From positions 9,672,001 to 9,736,000 of the forward strand of contig CP158635.1 in NCBI GenBank assembly GCA_050273025.1: DNA of 64,000 nucleotides. Direction: 5' to 3'. This document shows positions 1 through 13,600 of this stretch, piece after piece. The notes beneath the pieces are model-generated. The model did not search any database, was not told where the DNA came from, and was given only the letters and a program-made list of their open reading frames with translations. Numbering within the stretch: the first letter of the stretch is position 1; every line of letters begins with the position of its first letter. The position numbers were made by a program, and so were the translations under genes. The stretch is from Cenococcum geophilum. Lineage: Eukaryota.

Positions 1-1650
1 GCTAGGACCTTTTAAAATTATATAAAGAATTTCACTAGTTATATCTGTAAGAGTGGAACTGCATTAGGAAATGGAGGCTTCCGTTACAGGAAACCCCTCG
101 CTTTACCCCTTGCCGCTTTTATTTGGCCCGTGCACCGACCTCATCACATAAAAGTGAACTTCCCTCGCCGGTTTACTTTCCCTCCTCCCTCTTCTCTTTT
201 CCCCCAATACCGCGCTCACTCCTTATTGGACTCTCGACCGCATCTATGAGGCATTTTCTCTCCCCTTGGCATTCATGCAAGTACCTTTTCCATTCTTCGG
301 TACCTTAGACTGACGATAGTACAAGCACCGCATCCCTCGGCGTTTCCGATAGTTTTGCTCGCGCTCTTCCCGTTTCTTGTCCAACTCTTCGGTCGTACCT
401 TTTACTCACCTCGCACCCTTAGGAGTGGCATTTCTGCTCCTCCCTCTTTTCTCACGCTTAAAGCCATGTCTCTAGATTCTCCAACCCTTTTGCAACAGGA
501 ATCACTCAAACAAGCTTCCATTCCCGGCCCCGGCCTCTCCCTCTCCATCTCCCTCCTAGTGTCAGGCTCCCCAATTTCCCTGGAGTGGACGCCCCCGTAG
601 CGGCTTCACCCATGGGATCCTTAGTTACTGCCACGTCAGCAATCACACGAAACGGCAACGGAGACGGTCACGGACGCCCACGCCATGGCTCCTATCGTTT
701 CGGCGGGGCTAAGTTCAGCTGCCTACTGCCTCTATGCCGTTTCAAGGAATTGGCCACATTGTCCATGGGATACGATTAGTCATGTACCTTTAAGTGTTAA
801 TGCTAGCCGCCTTGCAATATCCGAGCCGGTTTCAGCGGAGTGGAGCGTAACTGTAGCCTGCAGCCTGCAACTTGATCCCTGACGGCACAGCTATAAACAG
901 CTATGGGACTATACTAGGCCTCGGAAATGGATTCCTTCAGGCTATACATGCATCGAGTTGCGTGATACGTTGGTCTACATAAGCAACTGCCATGAGTGCG
1001 GCGTCGTATTGCAGCGTTGCAAACGTGGCGAAGCCGGGTGCTAGGGCGGGCCTTCGGCGAGGCACGACTGCGGACAGATGCCAATCACTCAGCAAGATTA
1101 GAGCTCCGCCGTCGGAGATTGGAAGCCCGGCCGCGGACTTAAGTCTGGACTTAGGTGTCAGTTTTGCCGACGATCTAAGAATCATATTTCAATCGGAAAA
1201 CCCGCCGGGCTGTCGGGCGGACTCTGGTGGAGAAGAGAGGCGTATCCGGTAGCACAGCCTGGCCTCCAACGGAGTTGGCGTCGCAATCCCCACTTTGGCT
1301 GACGAATACCGGTGGAAAATTCGCGTACCTTTTAATCTAGCAAAGGGGGGCTTCATGCGGGGGCTGTATCACAGCTGAAATGTCGCGGTTAGAGGGATAC
1401 GAACTTGGTCGCAATGCGCGAAGGCGATTCGACGCCAACCCGGTATTCCTCTGGCATGGACGCGTTTCGACCGCGGTCTCGTGCAGACTGATCTCTACTG
1501 AGCGCTAAATATCATTCATGTGAGCTCTCCAAGAATCTGTGCCGGTGATGGCTTCTCGACTGTGGGCCCTTCACCTACTTAAACCTCTCCATCTCCGCTC
1601 TTCTCTTGCACCACCAGGAATTATTCAAGGCAGCAGCAACGGCAGCAGCA

Positions 1651-3694
1651 ATGGCAACGTCTTTTAATACTTTCCGCCTCCCTCAGACGCACGTACACTC
1701 TCAGTTCATATATTATAACGGCTCCCCTGCGCCAAAAACCCCTCGACGTTACACCCCAAAAAATGCTCCGTCCATCGCCGATGAATGGCACGACATTGAG
1801 ATTCTGAGGACCGAGCTAGGATCGAACACCAAATCCGAGGATAGAGGAGTTCTCACACCCACGTCCAATAGAGCTGAATCTATGGATTTAGAATACTTAG
1901 GTAGGCTTCCCCACAGTGGCGAGGCAATGTTTTGTTTATATTAGCCTTGCATAATGCATAACATATACGCAGACGGCAGAATCGACGGTGAAATCGGTGG
2001 CAGTGATGACGACGATGACTTCCATCCTCGGGACGAACGGGAATGCGTCGGGTTCGGGTATAGCGAGTCCCCTAAAGCAGTGTGCGTTGGGGAGAGGGAC
2101 GACGGCTTGAATCAGCCTGCGACCGCTGAGGGCAGCAGTCGAGGTAAATGCGCAGCTCCAATTAGCAAAGTCGCTCGGCATATTGTGTCTGACATTGCGT
2201 AGAGGGTGCAATCGTCATTGATGACCAAACCGAAGCCGATACCGAAATAGACTACGAGGACAATCGCCCTCCGTGGGAGGACGATACCGGTACGCAGATG
2301 GACAATTGGCTTGAAGGTTTGGGCATGTCGGCCCTGGAGTATCTCAGTGAAGAGAATCCTCCTGCAGGCCTGGAGGATGTTATAAACCCTGAGATGGTCG
2401 AAAGAGTCCGGACTTAAGGTAGGCCCCAACGCGTCACGAATTCACTTCAACAATGTCTAAACGATTGTAGATGATTTACTACCCGGAGCGAGCGGCAATG
2501 GCAAGATGATAAGACCTATGCGTTTGGCTGATCAATCGTTGATGCCAGATACTAAATACGGCGATACCCTTGAATGCCATAGCATAATTTCAGACATTGA
2601 TGGAGATGCGCGGTCCAATCTTTCCACCGACTGTCTAATGCATAGCGCCGACGGTTACAAACTCTTAAAAGCTACAGCACATCAACCGCAACCACTGGGG
2701 GGGGGGGGGGGGGGGGGGGGGAAGGCAAAGAGGTAAGGTAAGCACACGCCATTGCAAATGCAGCCGTCCTATCTAACAGTAGTAAGACGAACTTACAGCG
2801 CTCGAAAGTGTAAGCAGCGGCGTCGGTGCCGCCGCCGACGACGATAGCGCAACGGGCGGATCGATGCCGACGCGCAAGCGTCACAGCCGAATGTCGAAGC
2901 AGCACCCTAAGCACCCTGCAGGGCGACAAAAGCTATCTCTTTTCCGAGGCAGGCCACTCTCCAACCGTCCTGCCTCGAAACCTGCTTCAGGAGTGCAGTA
3001 CGTCGGCAGCGACAATGTCGGTAGCGACGACAGCGGCGATACGGATGATAACGACGCTAGGGACGGCGACAGCAGCGACAGCGACGAGGGTAACGAGGCC
3101 TGTGGGTGTACAGGGCGACGATCGCCAACCTCCATCTGTGGTCAATTAAAGCCAAAGCGCGCTGCGAAGCATTATCCCCAGCGGTCTCACCACACCCCTT
3201 CAATTTCGTCCATGTACACATCCGACTGGAGCACTGCGCTTACCAGCAATTATCGTAAGCGGGTTACATCCTCCATATATAATCGCCTCCGTACCCAAAA
3301 ACCGCTGCTAATCTCCGCCTCTACTTCTAACTCTAATAAAGCAATACCAGGAGCAGCCTTAAATGTTGATTCGGAAGAATTTTTAATCTAAGCAGTTTTC
3401 AGGCGCCAGGAAGACGGGTCGTATATACTGGAAGTCCTTCCTTAACGGTTCCCCTTACCTGTTAACCTGGTTAAGCAGCCTCAAGAGCCAAAGTCTAGAG
3501 TAAAATTCACGGAAAAGGAAGACGCGCTGCTTATTGAGTTGAAGGAGAAATATAATCTTTTATGGGAACAAATTAAAGACTGATTTCCAAAAAGAGGTCT
3601 TAGATTACTACAGGTGCATTATTATTTGAAATTGAAGGCCCGACCTGCTGTGCAGAAGAAAAGGGGCCGGCCTGCTGGACGGAAGAGACGGTAG
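1651..3694 (+). pseudogene. Five-exon gene for an acidic, low-complexity protein with a C-terminal Myb/SANT-like domain and AT-hook; disrupted by in-frame stops
   Basis: GT..AG introns at 1901-1972, 2144-2202, 2419-2470 and ~2735-2785; the first three are phase 1 and join the ORF-track fragments. The frame of ORF 2864-3391 continues as RVKFTEKEDALLIELKEKYNLLWEQIKD*FPKRGLRLLQVHYYLKLK...KKRGRPAGRKRR to TAG at 3692-3694. Internal stops fit CAA>TAA and CGA>TGA changes. Confidence 0.75.
2697..2721 (+). repeat. G25 homopolymer inside exon 4 of the Myb pseudogene
   Basis: 25 consecutive G read directly. Confidence 0.95.
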
Positions 3695-5082
3695 TGATTG
3701 TGGTGCCCTTCTTTTTGGCTTAGATCTCTTTCTAGCTTTTAGTTCCACTTCTGGCTTGTTTTATGGCGCATTTCCTGTAACGTCCTGTGATTTCCAATTT
3801 AAGAAAGTCAAGCCCTTGCAAACTACACAGCGCCGGCGGGCAGAGGGATTTAGGTGTGCGTGCTAAAGAAGTGTTATGCGTTTATGAGTGGTTTAATTAG
3901 ATATCTGCCGGCTATCCCTTGCATCGTTGATTCGTGTCCTGCTCCTTGTCGCACTGCGCGTCCCTCCGCTGTAGAACCTTAAGGCCACGAACTGAGCGCC
4001 ACGATAGCCGCGTCTTATCCTTGGGTACATCGTCGCTAGCCTTGCGACATCGGCTCATATGCTAGAGATATGTTTTTAGGCCTTTCGGCACGCGTAAGGG
4101 CGAGGACGCTTTGCGTGTTAGCGCGTAGTTCGGCATTATTTGCGACGTTAATCTCCACGCGACTAATTGACGGCATTTGTAAAATAGAACGCTGCTAGCA
4201 TTATAGAAGCCGCCCTGGGGGAGGGGTTCTATTTTTTTATATACACGCAGAGGTAGAGAAAGCATACCTACCGGCCGCTCAGCGAGCGGATGAGTGACCT
4301 TGCCGCATAGGGTAAATACATAGGCCCATGGTACGCGTGCATCAGCGGCTCGATCAGCGGGGGGGTAAGATGTTCGAATATATTATCGTGCAGAAAGCGA
4401 TTATGCCACCTAGATAACCACCAGAATTTCTGCGCCCTAGGGTTGCTGTTATTGTTTCTAAACCATCGTCGTATGAATTTTCGCTTTACCTTTTACGACT
4501 CTACCCATCCTGTATATTATATTACACCAAAATATATATAATTGATCTAGTTTTATTGGTTTAACCAGTTATATAACCGGTTTGGGACTAACTCGAATTT
4601 TAGATTGATTTTGGCCTTATTTTTTGTAACCTAACCTAACTGCTGATATTACTGGGAGAAATCCTGTTATGCTGAGAATTAATTTGTCGGGGAGATTAGA
4701 GATTAACATTCCCGGTTATACACAGTAGTATTTGAGGGATGCGAGAGAAAGTGTTGTTGAGAGGGGACTGATTTACCTCAGCAAGCTTAGGCGCGATTCC
4801 GTTGGTGCGGATTTTTAATTGGTCCGCAAGCTAACTAACTACGTTTGTGCTGCACCACCGGAAACACGTCTGAGGCTGTTTCGAAGCATTTGTAGACCAT
4901 ATTAGCAATATCCGCGTTATAGAGGTTGCGGATATTGAAACAACTTAACACTAGTATTTTATATTATTTTTTTAAAGTTAATTAATTATATAACAGAACC
5001 TAGGCTTTTAGAATATATCATTTTTATTACTTAGGTATTTTTAGGTCTTATAATTATTTTCATTAAAAAAACCTATATTATT

Positions 5083-6690
5083 TGTTACGGACGCTTTAAG
5101 TAAAGGGCTATAGCTACTTAGAGGAGAGTTAGAAGAAGCTAGTTAGTTAATAAAAGTACGGTTTAAAATAGAACTAGTAGATATAACGGAACCTTATAGC
5201 AGGAACTACGGTGGATTCGTTAATGGGCTAGGTATATAGGTGAAGCAGGAAGTTAACAACGTAATAATAACTAGTGGAGTAGTTGCCTAATAGATTAACT
5301 CTAATTGTATTCTAAGAATTACTATAAGGAAGGAACTATCTAGGTAGGGATTAAGGGTCCTTAAATACACAACCGTACTCCTATAAAATCCTTCTTATAC
5401 ATAAGGTACGTAAGGTACGTAGGACGTTTCTTATAGATCTTACAATGCTTATAGAGCTTATTATATAACCTTAGCTACTATTCCTTATCACATAGTTCCA
5501 CGGGTTCTATTCTGGACTATGCCTATATTAATTAACTAGCTTCTTCTAACTCCTCTTTTAGTAGTTATAACATTATACTTAAAGCGTCTGTAACACTATC
5601 TCCCTCCTCTTTATTTTTATCCTTAAAGATACCTAGTATCTCTAGGTTATTTACTAGAGGTATAATATCCGTCTAATTAATTTAGTTAATATCTTTACTT
5701 ATTATACCTAAAGCTTCTTCTTCTACCTTAGCTAAGCGTAGGTCTCGTACCATTACTATAATACTATTACTAGGTGAGATTATACCTTCCTGTTCTTATT
5801 ATACGAAAGAGAGGTTAGTTTATATCGTAATTGCGTTACCCATTAACCGGCAACTATTCTCTTATGCGGAATGTACGTAAGCGAATATACAGTTATTTTG
5901 TAATATTTGTTCCGTCTCTAACGCTAAATATACGCGTCCTATTATTCTTAATAGTCTTTAAGAACCCTTATTAATTACTACTAGGGTCTTAGGTTTAATC
6001 TGCCGCTGCGAAGCTTAATGGTAAACTGTTAGAGGTGTTGGCCGAGATTTATTAACTCTAGCATGACGATAAGCTTTGTCTTGCTCGCATTTATAAGGAA
6101 GAGCGTTACGCTCTTAAGGCTTACTAAAATACTTATGCCCGTCTTCTCTGTCTTAAGAAGGTGCGCGAAAAGGTGCGTTTTAAGGAGTAGAAACTTGTAG
6201 AATAAGATTTATAGGAACTTGGCGATAAAAGAACGGATTCTCTTCTAATAGAGAAGGAAATATTTCCGAGTACCTCGGTAGGTGCTCCTCTTAGGTCCCC
6301 CTTAGGTGGTTCGTTCTTTAGTAATCCTTCTTTATTAATATTACCTAACCTTTTCCCTTTTAATACTCTTATACCTTTCCTATAGCGTTTTTTAAATTTT
6401 CTAGTAGTTCCTAGGTAGTCTTATTATAGCTTATCCACTTTACCTTATACTATATTTTATTATTAATGTTCTTATAACTAACAATCTTTAAAACTTACTA
6501 TTTATCTTCTTTCTATTCTCTATACGTGTCTGCCTTATAGACTAGTAGCTTAATATTCCCGTATACTAGCTCTAGTATCGCGATATACTATATAAGGTAG
6601 ATCTTTATCTTAGCTAGTAGGTTTAACTTAAATATAACTTATTTAATATATAATTAATAAGCTATATAAATATTAAAAAAACTTATTTAT
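5083..6690 (-). mobile_element. 3' remnant of a Ty3/gypsy chromovirus: chromodomain, polypurine tract (PPT) and 3' LTR
   Basis: LTR 5083-5595 (TGTTAC..GTAACA) is abutted by a minus-strand PPT (agaggagggagatag). Minus-strand translation at ~6380-6510 gives YKVKWISYNKTT*ELLENLKNA, a RIP-mutated chromodomain. Right boundary approximate. Confidence 0.8.
5704..6370 (+). pseudogene. Antisense accessory gene in the gypsy 3' region: Cys-cluster (Zn2Cys6-like spacing) plus coiled coil
   Basis: Frame reads GEIIPSCSYYTKERLVY..FSYAECT*ANIQLFCN, which de-RIPs to CxxC-x6-C-x13-CxxC-x8-C. It is followed by ARLLCLKKVREKVRFKE*KLVE. Confidence 0.5.
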
Positions 6691-6699
6691 ATAATAGAA

Positions 6700-7000
6700 A
6701 GAGATATATATACAAAATATAGCTATATAATAGCCCTATTAATAGCTTTATTAATAATTTTTATTTTTATTAAAAAAGTACTATTTTAACTTAATTTTAA
6801 GCATATATATATTACAATTTTTTATAATTTTTTTTATATAAAAATATAATCTAAGTATTAGATAAGGTATATTTAAATTTTTATACTAATAGCTCTTATA
6901 GTTATTTAACTATAAGTGGTTTAAAAAGGTGTATTTTGCCAAATTTTGGTGAGGAAAAGCGTGCACGAGCTGGTCGCGTGCATAAGCCGCTTGGTCACGT
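6700..7000 (-). mobile_element. Terminal fragment of a pogo/Fot1-like element inserted in the neighbouring pogo copy
   Basis: GC-rich end ...gccgcttggtcacgt followed by TA (ACGT-type terminus), interrupting the transposase tail. The other end was not found. Confidence 0.45.
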
Positions 7001-7002
7001 TA

Positions 7003-9141
7003 GAGCCTTAGAGCGAGCTATAGCATTTAAAGCTATTGCGAAAGAATTCCCCCATTGCTTCTATAGTATTACTAAGGCTTCTACTTTAGATTTTGCCTCT
7101 TCTACTGCTTGAGCAGCTGCTATATAAGCTTCTGTAGTCTTCTTTTTATTTATTATATTGCCCGTAGTTACTAACGCCTTCTATGCTCTTTTTGCTGCCT
7201 AATCTGCCCCTCCTAGATCCTTTTTATGTTAATCTATAGCCTTTTTAGCCTTTATAGCAGCAGCCCAAGCCTCCTTTTTTTCTTAAACTTATGCCTTAGC
7301 AATTATAGCTATTTCTTTTCTTTCCTCTCTAAGCCGCTTTTTAGTATTCTTAGCCCTCTGCTTAGCCTTCTTTATAGCCTCTCTAGCATTAAGAAGTACT
7401 TTAGCCAATTTAGTAGTAAGGACTAATTTAGTAGAAAGCACTACCCGCCTCTTTTTCTTCTTAGCTCTCTTATCTACAGCACCGTTATAAAGCTCTATAT
7501 TTTTTAGCTGCAGTATTTCTATGCCTTTATTAATTAAATCTATATAGCTTATAAGCTTCTTAATAATAACGCTAATTGCTTCGGGAGTAGTATCTAAATA
7601 ATGGATTATATAGCTATACTGAGCTTAATTAGAGTGGCTTCTTAGAGTCTTTGGATATAGAGGTAAGGATAAAAGCGTTAGTTTGTTTAAATGCTTAGGA
7701 GTATATAGTTATATAGAGGAAAGTTATCCCATAAGGTATTAGAGGACTTAATTAGGATTAAAAGGAAGAAGGCCTGCAGCTTTAAATATACTGTTAATCA
7801 GTTTAGGTATATATATTTAAGCCCTAATCTTACCCAGAATCTATAAAAAGTAGTCTCTATTAATACTAGTAATATTGCAAGCTGCGTATTTATTAACTTT
7901 GGCTAAATATAGGCGCTAAACTACTAAAAAGATAATAAGATCTAGAGGCTGTAGGAAGTAGATTAAGTGAGGTGGAAGATATATAGGAATAATCTTATAC
8001 TTTTAACAGAACTCTATAAACTTAATATTAATATAAGAGCTGTGCCCATCTATAATAAGTAATTGGTAGCTATAGTATTTAATATTTAGGGTATTAATTT
8101 TAGAGGCCTTCTATACCTCTATTCGCTAAGTATAATGCTTAAAATATTAAAGCCACTTAAGGCCTATTTCTTTATCTAACTAGCCATTCTCCGTTATTCT
8201 AATTAAGTATTTACTTATAGCTTCCTCTGCTGTTTCCCATAGTAAATCTATATACTAGTTCCCTTTAAAAATAATAAATAGTGGAATTATCTGCCTATGT
8301 ATACTAATTGAGTTAATTTAGGTAACCCACTCCTTATTGCCGTTAATTGTCTTAAAGTTAATAATTCTACCTCTTAATATAACTACTTTTATAGTAAAAG
8401 CTAGTCCCATTATATAGCCCATTTTATCTATATTCCACCTATTAAATTCGCTGATATTATATTAAGTAATAGTGTGAGTGTAGTTAGCAAAGAATCTCTA
8501 AATAAGGCCGGGATTATTATTTATAAGAGCTCGTTCTTAATTAATTAAACGTATATAGTAGCAATAAAGCTCATCCTACCGCTTTAGGAAGTTGTATACC
8601 CACTTTATACTAAAAGGGTTAATATAAACGTATTAAGAAAGGTTAACGTACTCCCGGCGGAGGACTACTGTAGTAATTAATTAAATAGTATGCTGCCAAT
8701 ATAGAAATCTAGCGTTTGCAAGATATATAAGGTGTTAAATAATTGCATCTTCGCTAGCAACAGTAATACGGTTCTAGTTAGTATAGGCGACTTTATAGGG
8801 CTGTTGCTTTTCATTAAAACGGTATTAAAATGTCTGTGGATCTACCCCATAGGCCTTTACGTAAGTTTTGCGGTCTTTATAGAGCCTAGAATTCCAGGCA
8901 ATAATAGCGCTCTATATATTCTCTTCCCTACTAGGTTGTAGGGGCCAGCGGGGCATTATGGTGTTGGTAAAAGATTTTTTAATTTAGTTACAAGCATTTA
9001 GGATAAGTTGAAGTTGGTACTACTTTGATTTTAGAACCGGCAATATGCTATATTAGGAAGGAAGTAAACCTGATTAGGAAGGCGGTAGTAGCCGACCGTT
9101 ATAACCCTATCGCCGTTATAACTCTGTCACCCACGTTACGT
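7003..9141 (-). mobile_element. pogo/Fot1 (Tc1-mariner) DNA transposon with RIP-inactivated DDE transposase, 3' end lost
   Basis: ATG at 8956 (MPRWPLQPSREENI..). Motifs WNIDKMG (WNMDETG), GNKEWVT, ENG*LD, LLIIDGHSS and LPPHLIYFLQPLD. Terminus ACGTAACGTGGG flanked by TA at 9142-9143. Confidence 0.9.
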
Positions 9142-9187
9142 TATAGCGCCGGCGCTGCACAGCCGTACGCACGTCTCTGCGTTTGCT

Positions 9188-10348
9188 CTACAAAGGCCAA
9201 CGGTTTTAAAAACGGTCCATCTGCTAAAACGCAAGGAACACCAAAATCTCTACCTTTTGGAATTCGTATGCAATTTCCGGGGTGCAGCTTGCAGGGGTCA
9301 CGGAAAAGTTAAACGGGGTCACCGATAGGGGTCGGCGAAAGCTAAACGGGGTCACCGATGGAGCGCCGGAAAAGGTCGGCGGGGTCACACTTTTACCCAT
9401 ACAGAACGCGCATCGGTAGCCACATTTAACTTAAGCGACCACATACACCGAATATGCGGTGCATATGCCAAACATATGCACGTATACAGCTACAAGATCC
9501 TAAAGCAAATGAACAGTAAATAAGAATATATCGTGGTAGTGAAACGGCTTATTTATAGTGCATATGCGTTATATATACTAAGCTTATATAAATACCTATT
9601 ACAGCCTATCTTTTTATATAATAGTAATTGTATATATTGCATATGCTAAGTATATACAGACACCTAGCGCAGCCTATATTTTATAGAAAATAGTAGGTGT
9701 ATATACGTTGTATATGCTAAGCATATACAAATACCTAGCGTAGCCTACCTTATATATAACTAGTAGAGTATAGGTCAAGTATATGCTAAGCATATACAAT
9801 ACGTATACATAGCCTATACCAATATTGTAAGAGTATATATTAGATCCCGTAATAGTCGCGATAAATTCGCGAGTACTGTCTGTCTTTTTGGCCATTTAGT
9901 GACGTAGAGTGGGATACGTTACGTATATGCCCTATATATACCCCATATATATAACTTAAAGCGTTATATAATATTCTTTATTTATTAAATACTTTAAAAT
10001 TCTAAAAAAAAAAATTGTATATGCGCTGTATATGCATAAAGCTCAGCAGGGTCAGAAATTAAGCGTGGTTAGAAAGGTTGTGACCCCGTTGAACTTTCTG
10101 ACCCCGCCGAGTTTTTCCGTGACCCCCCCCCCCCCCCCCCAAGCTATAAGCCCTGCAATTTCAACTAAATACCCAAAACTCTTAATTAAAGTATTATACG
10201 ATAGAGAAGAAGCAGATTAGTTATTCTTTAGAATTTTACGACAGTTAAATTTAAGGTATAATTGCTATTTATTTGTTATCGCGGGCCTAAAATACGCAAA
10301 ATACTTGCTTAAAAATTGGACGGTTTTCAAACCCATTAGCCTTTATAG
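9188..10348. mobile_element. Non-autonomous TIR element (MITE-like) carrying a nested insertion
   Basis: Imperfect ~32-bp inverted termini ctacaaaggccaacggttttaaaaacggtcca / tggacggttttcaaacccattagcctttatag. No clean TSD seen. Confidence 0.55.
9278..10154. mobile_element. hAT-like non-autonomous element
   Basis: Exact 8-bp flanking duplication GCAATTTC (9270-9277, 10155-10162). Clustered subterminal GGGGTCA motifs on the left are inverted (TGACCCC) on the right. Four internal ~70-bp repeats (atatgctaagcatataca..) at ~9570-9820. Confidence 0.7.
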
Positions 10349-10656
10349 TAGTCTTTTAGCACGATCCTAATAAAACGCTAATAGTAGCTGCTAGGTTTCT
10401 ATACTCTACCTCGTAAAGGTATAAAGACCGATTTTATAGAGCCTAAGGTAGATATTTAGGTTAGTAGTAACATTAGTGGTAAAAAAGAGAAGTAGTAATA
10501 AAGGCTTTTGTTAGGTGGCGAAGTCACCTCACCTATATATATTGTTCCGCACAGCTATGCCTAGCATCTTACTAGTCACTCGCTTACCTTTTAGGGTTTG
10601 TGCTGTAACTGGATAGTGCGGAGTCTATTACCTTATAGCTTTAAAGGCTCTATTTC

Positions 10657-13600
10657 TGTTAGACTCACAAGGGGATATTACATAGCTACGGTTCGTAGAT
10701 AGTATAATGATTGTTGTTCTTATTTTTATAGATAGGGGTAAGGGTTAAGGAACTTAAGGTTCCTCGCTACGATAGTGCCGCGGTAACACATGACGGCAAC
10801 TTGCCTTATATGACGGCAATTTGCCTTATATGGCGGCAATTTGCCCTATTCCCAATACTAGCAACTTTTCTTTTTTATAGTTGCTATTTATATATATATA
10901 AATAGACAGAATACAACGATACCAGATAGTATACAATAAGACTAAACACTATGCAACAATACAACAGTTAGTAAAGACGGGTAGGCCGCCAAGGCGCTAG
11001 CAGTAAGCGAGCTAATGGCGATTTTCTATCCCAGGGATGGAAAATCCTAATTAGCTAGATTAAGTTAGGGTCTACAGAATATTATGCTCCAAAAAGTCTT
11101 AGTAAGAGAATCTAACCAATTAGACAACTTCAACCGCCGGTTAAAGTTCCTAAATATCTTAAGACCTTACATAACTAAGAAATTTCTAGGGACTTCCTTT
11201 TAACCTAACCTTTAACTCGTATATATAGAGTATTCGTATTAATAAACGTCTCTAGTGCCTTATTTAGGTTCGCCTTCATTATTACATCTGCCGGGTTATC
11301 TTAGCCATTAATCTATTAAATCTTAAAGAGTTTTTAACGCTTATAGGATTGCTAAAGTGCCATAATATTAATTATAAGGCGCTTCTCTTTCATAGTACCG
11401 AGCTTAACTAAACACTTATAGAGGGAATATAAGTCGGTGCACACGATTATAGGGATAACGGAAAGTTCAAGTTAATCTATAATTATCTTTAGGGTAGTTC
11501 TAATTGCAATTGCCATATTAACTCCACCAACCATTCTATATATCTCTGACGCCAAAACACTTTAGGTAATACGCTTGCTCTTAGTTAAGCTCTAATAGAT
11601 AAGATTGCCATAGATTATAAAATTATTCTCTCTAGTAAATTCGTTTATAATAATAATCTTATATCCTAACTAGGAGCTAAAATCTTTGTTATTTACGAAC
11701 GATCTATTAATAAATATAAAGAGCTTAGCAGTAGGAAGATTAATAGGCACGTAGAGTAATCCCCAATTAAGATAGTTTATTTGCCAGAAAAGACGCTTAT
11801 TTAGGGTAAGGACATTATCCTTAGTTAGTTTCTAGTATTAGGCGGTAACAGAGAGATTAAATAAAGCCTTAGGTTAATAGATAGAAGCAACATAAGCTCC
11901 GTAAGCGCGTTGCTCCACGTATCCTTACTTTAGAGAATTAGCGTTAATAACGTTAATCTTCTTACCTTAACCCTTCTGGCGCAGAGCAATAGAATTCTCA
12001 TTTAGGGAGAGGATGCATCTATTAAAGAGTAATGGTGTTATTAAACTAAGCTTTTCCTTTAGCTTTGCTATAAGATTTGCCTTTACTAGCTCATCTTCTT
12101 TAAGAGCTAAGAATTAGTTATCTCCTAAGATAATTATATCGTTAGTTTACATGCCGACGATTCTAAATAGAGTTCCTATAGTTATAATAAGGAAGCAGGG
12201 ATTAAATATAGAAGTAGTCATCAAAAGCTTCTCTTTGTGGTGCTTGCTATAGGTAGCCCACTAATAAGTTCCTACTTCTATAATTCTATATAGTGGCTTA
12301 AGCACAACTATAATCGTATCTTCGGGATATTAGTGGCGAATTTACTTTAGAAGGTATGCCAGTATTAAGCGCTAAAGGCGCATCTCTAATTAGGTATAGG
12401 CCTAAGTAATATCTCGCAAATAAACTGCCATTCCGTTCTTTATTAAAGAGAAAGCTAGTGCAACAATGACTTACTAACTAGCTCGTTATATTATAGGAGA
12501 TTGCGTAAGAATTACCTCCTTACTATTATCGTTATAACCTTGGATAATAAGCCTTAATTTCTCGAATAAGGCGTTAGTAGCTTTACCCTTAATCTCGTTA
12601 ACCATTCTTGACTTAAAGATGCGAATTCCATTAAACTTAGTAGGGTTATACTTCTCAAATTTAAAGACTCCTCTTGCAATAAAACCATTAATCTCCTACT
12701 TATCAGATGCTTGGAAAGGAGTCCCTAGAGTTATAATACGACCTTCCTTTTAGAGCTGTTTTGCAAGCTTAAAGTTAGCCTTCTCTTTAGCTATCATAAA
12801 GGCCATCAACAACTCAACTCTATTCTCGATGGCGGCAATAAATTACTCTTCAAAATTAATAAGGTATTGGCGATTTCGTAATCCCTTTGGGCAACCTCTA
12901 CCGCGTTATAGTTACGGCACGTCTACTATAATTGTATTAGGATTATAGTTGCCTTCTAGGGCACGTTAGTTGTAGTTCTCCTTTAGGGTATCTTCTAGGG
13001 CATCTTCTGGGGCATCCTATAAAGGCTTAAAACTATTATCTTTATAGTAGGGCCTAATAACGGTTAAACGGAATTAAGTGGGTTTATGGGGCATCTAAAG
13101 AGTACAAGTTTGACTATCAGTTATAATGAGTTTATATAGGCCTGACTATCCTCCCTTTTTACGCCATACCTGTACTTTAGATTAGAGTGGCAGATTAAGC
13201 ATAGTTAAGGTGTTTAGGCCATTTCTTATTCCTAGTATATTATTGACCTGGCGCGTAGCGTATAGATATTGTACCTCCTTTATTGCTTTATAAATAGCCT
13301 TAGCTCGTTGCATAATAGAGGGAGATAGTAAAGAATTATTAGTTATTTAAGGGTAGGCGTTAAAGACTAGCAACGTAGATACGAGCCCATCTAGGCCAGC
13401 AAAATCGTTAACGGCCTTAATAGCCATCTATAAGATAATTTCTTCGCTAGCGTCCTCTAGTTTTAAAGAAATAATCTTATATATTCGGCGTAATAGCATA
13501 TAGTATCGCTCTACTTTTCTAATACTGTTATATGCCTTAACAGGGACTTCCTTAACCTTAATTACCATTACTTTTACCTATTATCGAAACTTTATAGATA

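Noticed and set aside
123..1252. Short ORFs in the first 1.3 kb
   Set aside because: No recognisable domain or consistent splice model; several use non-ATG starts.
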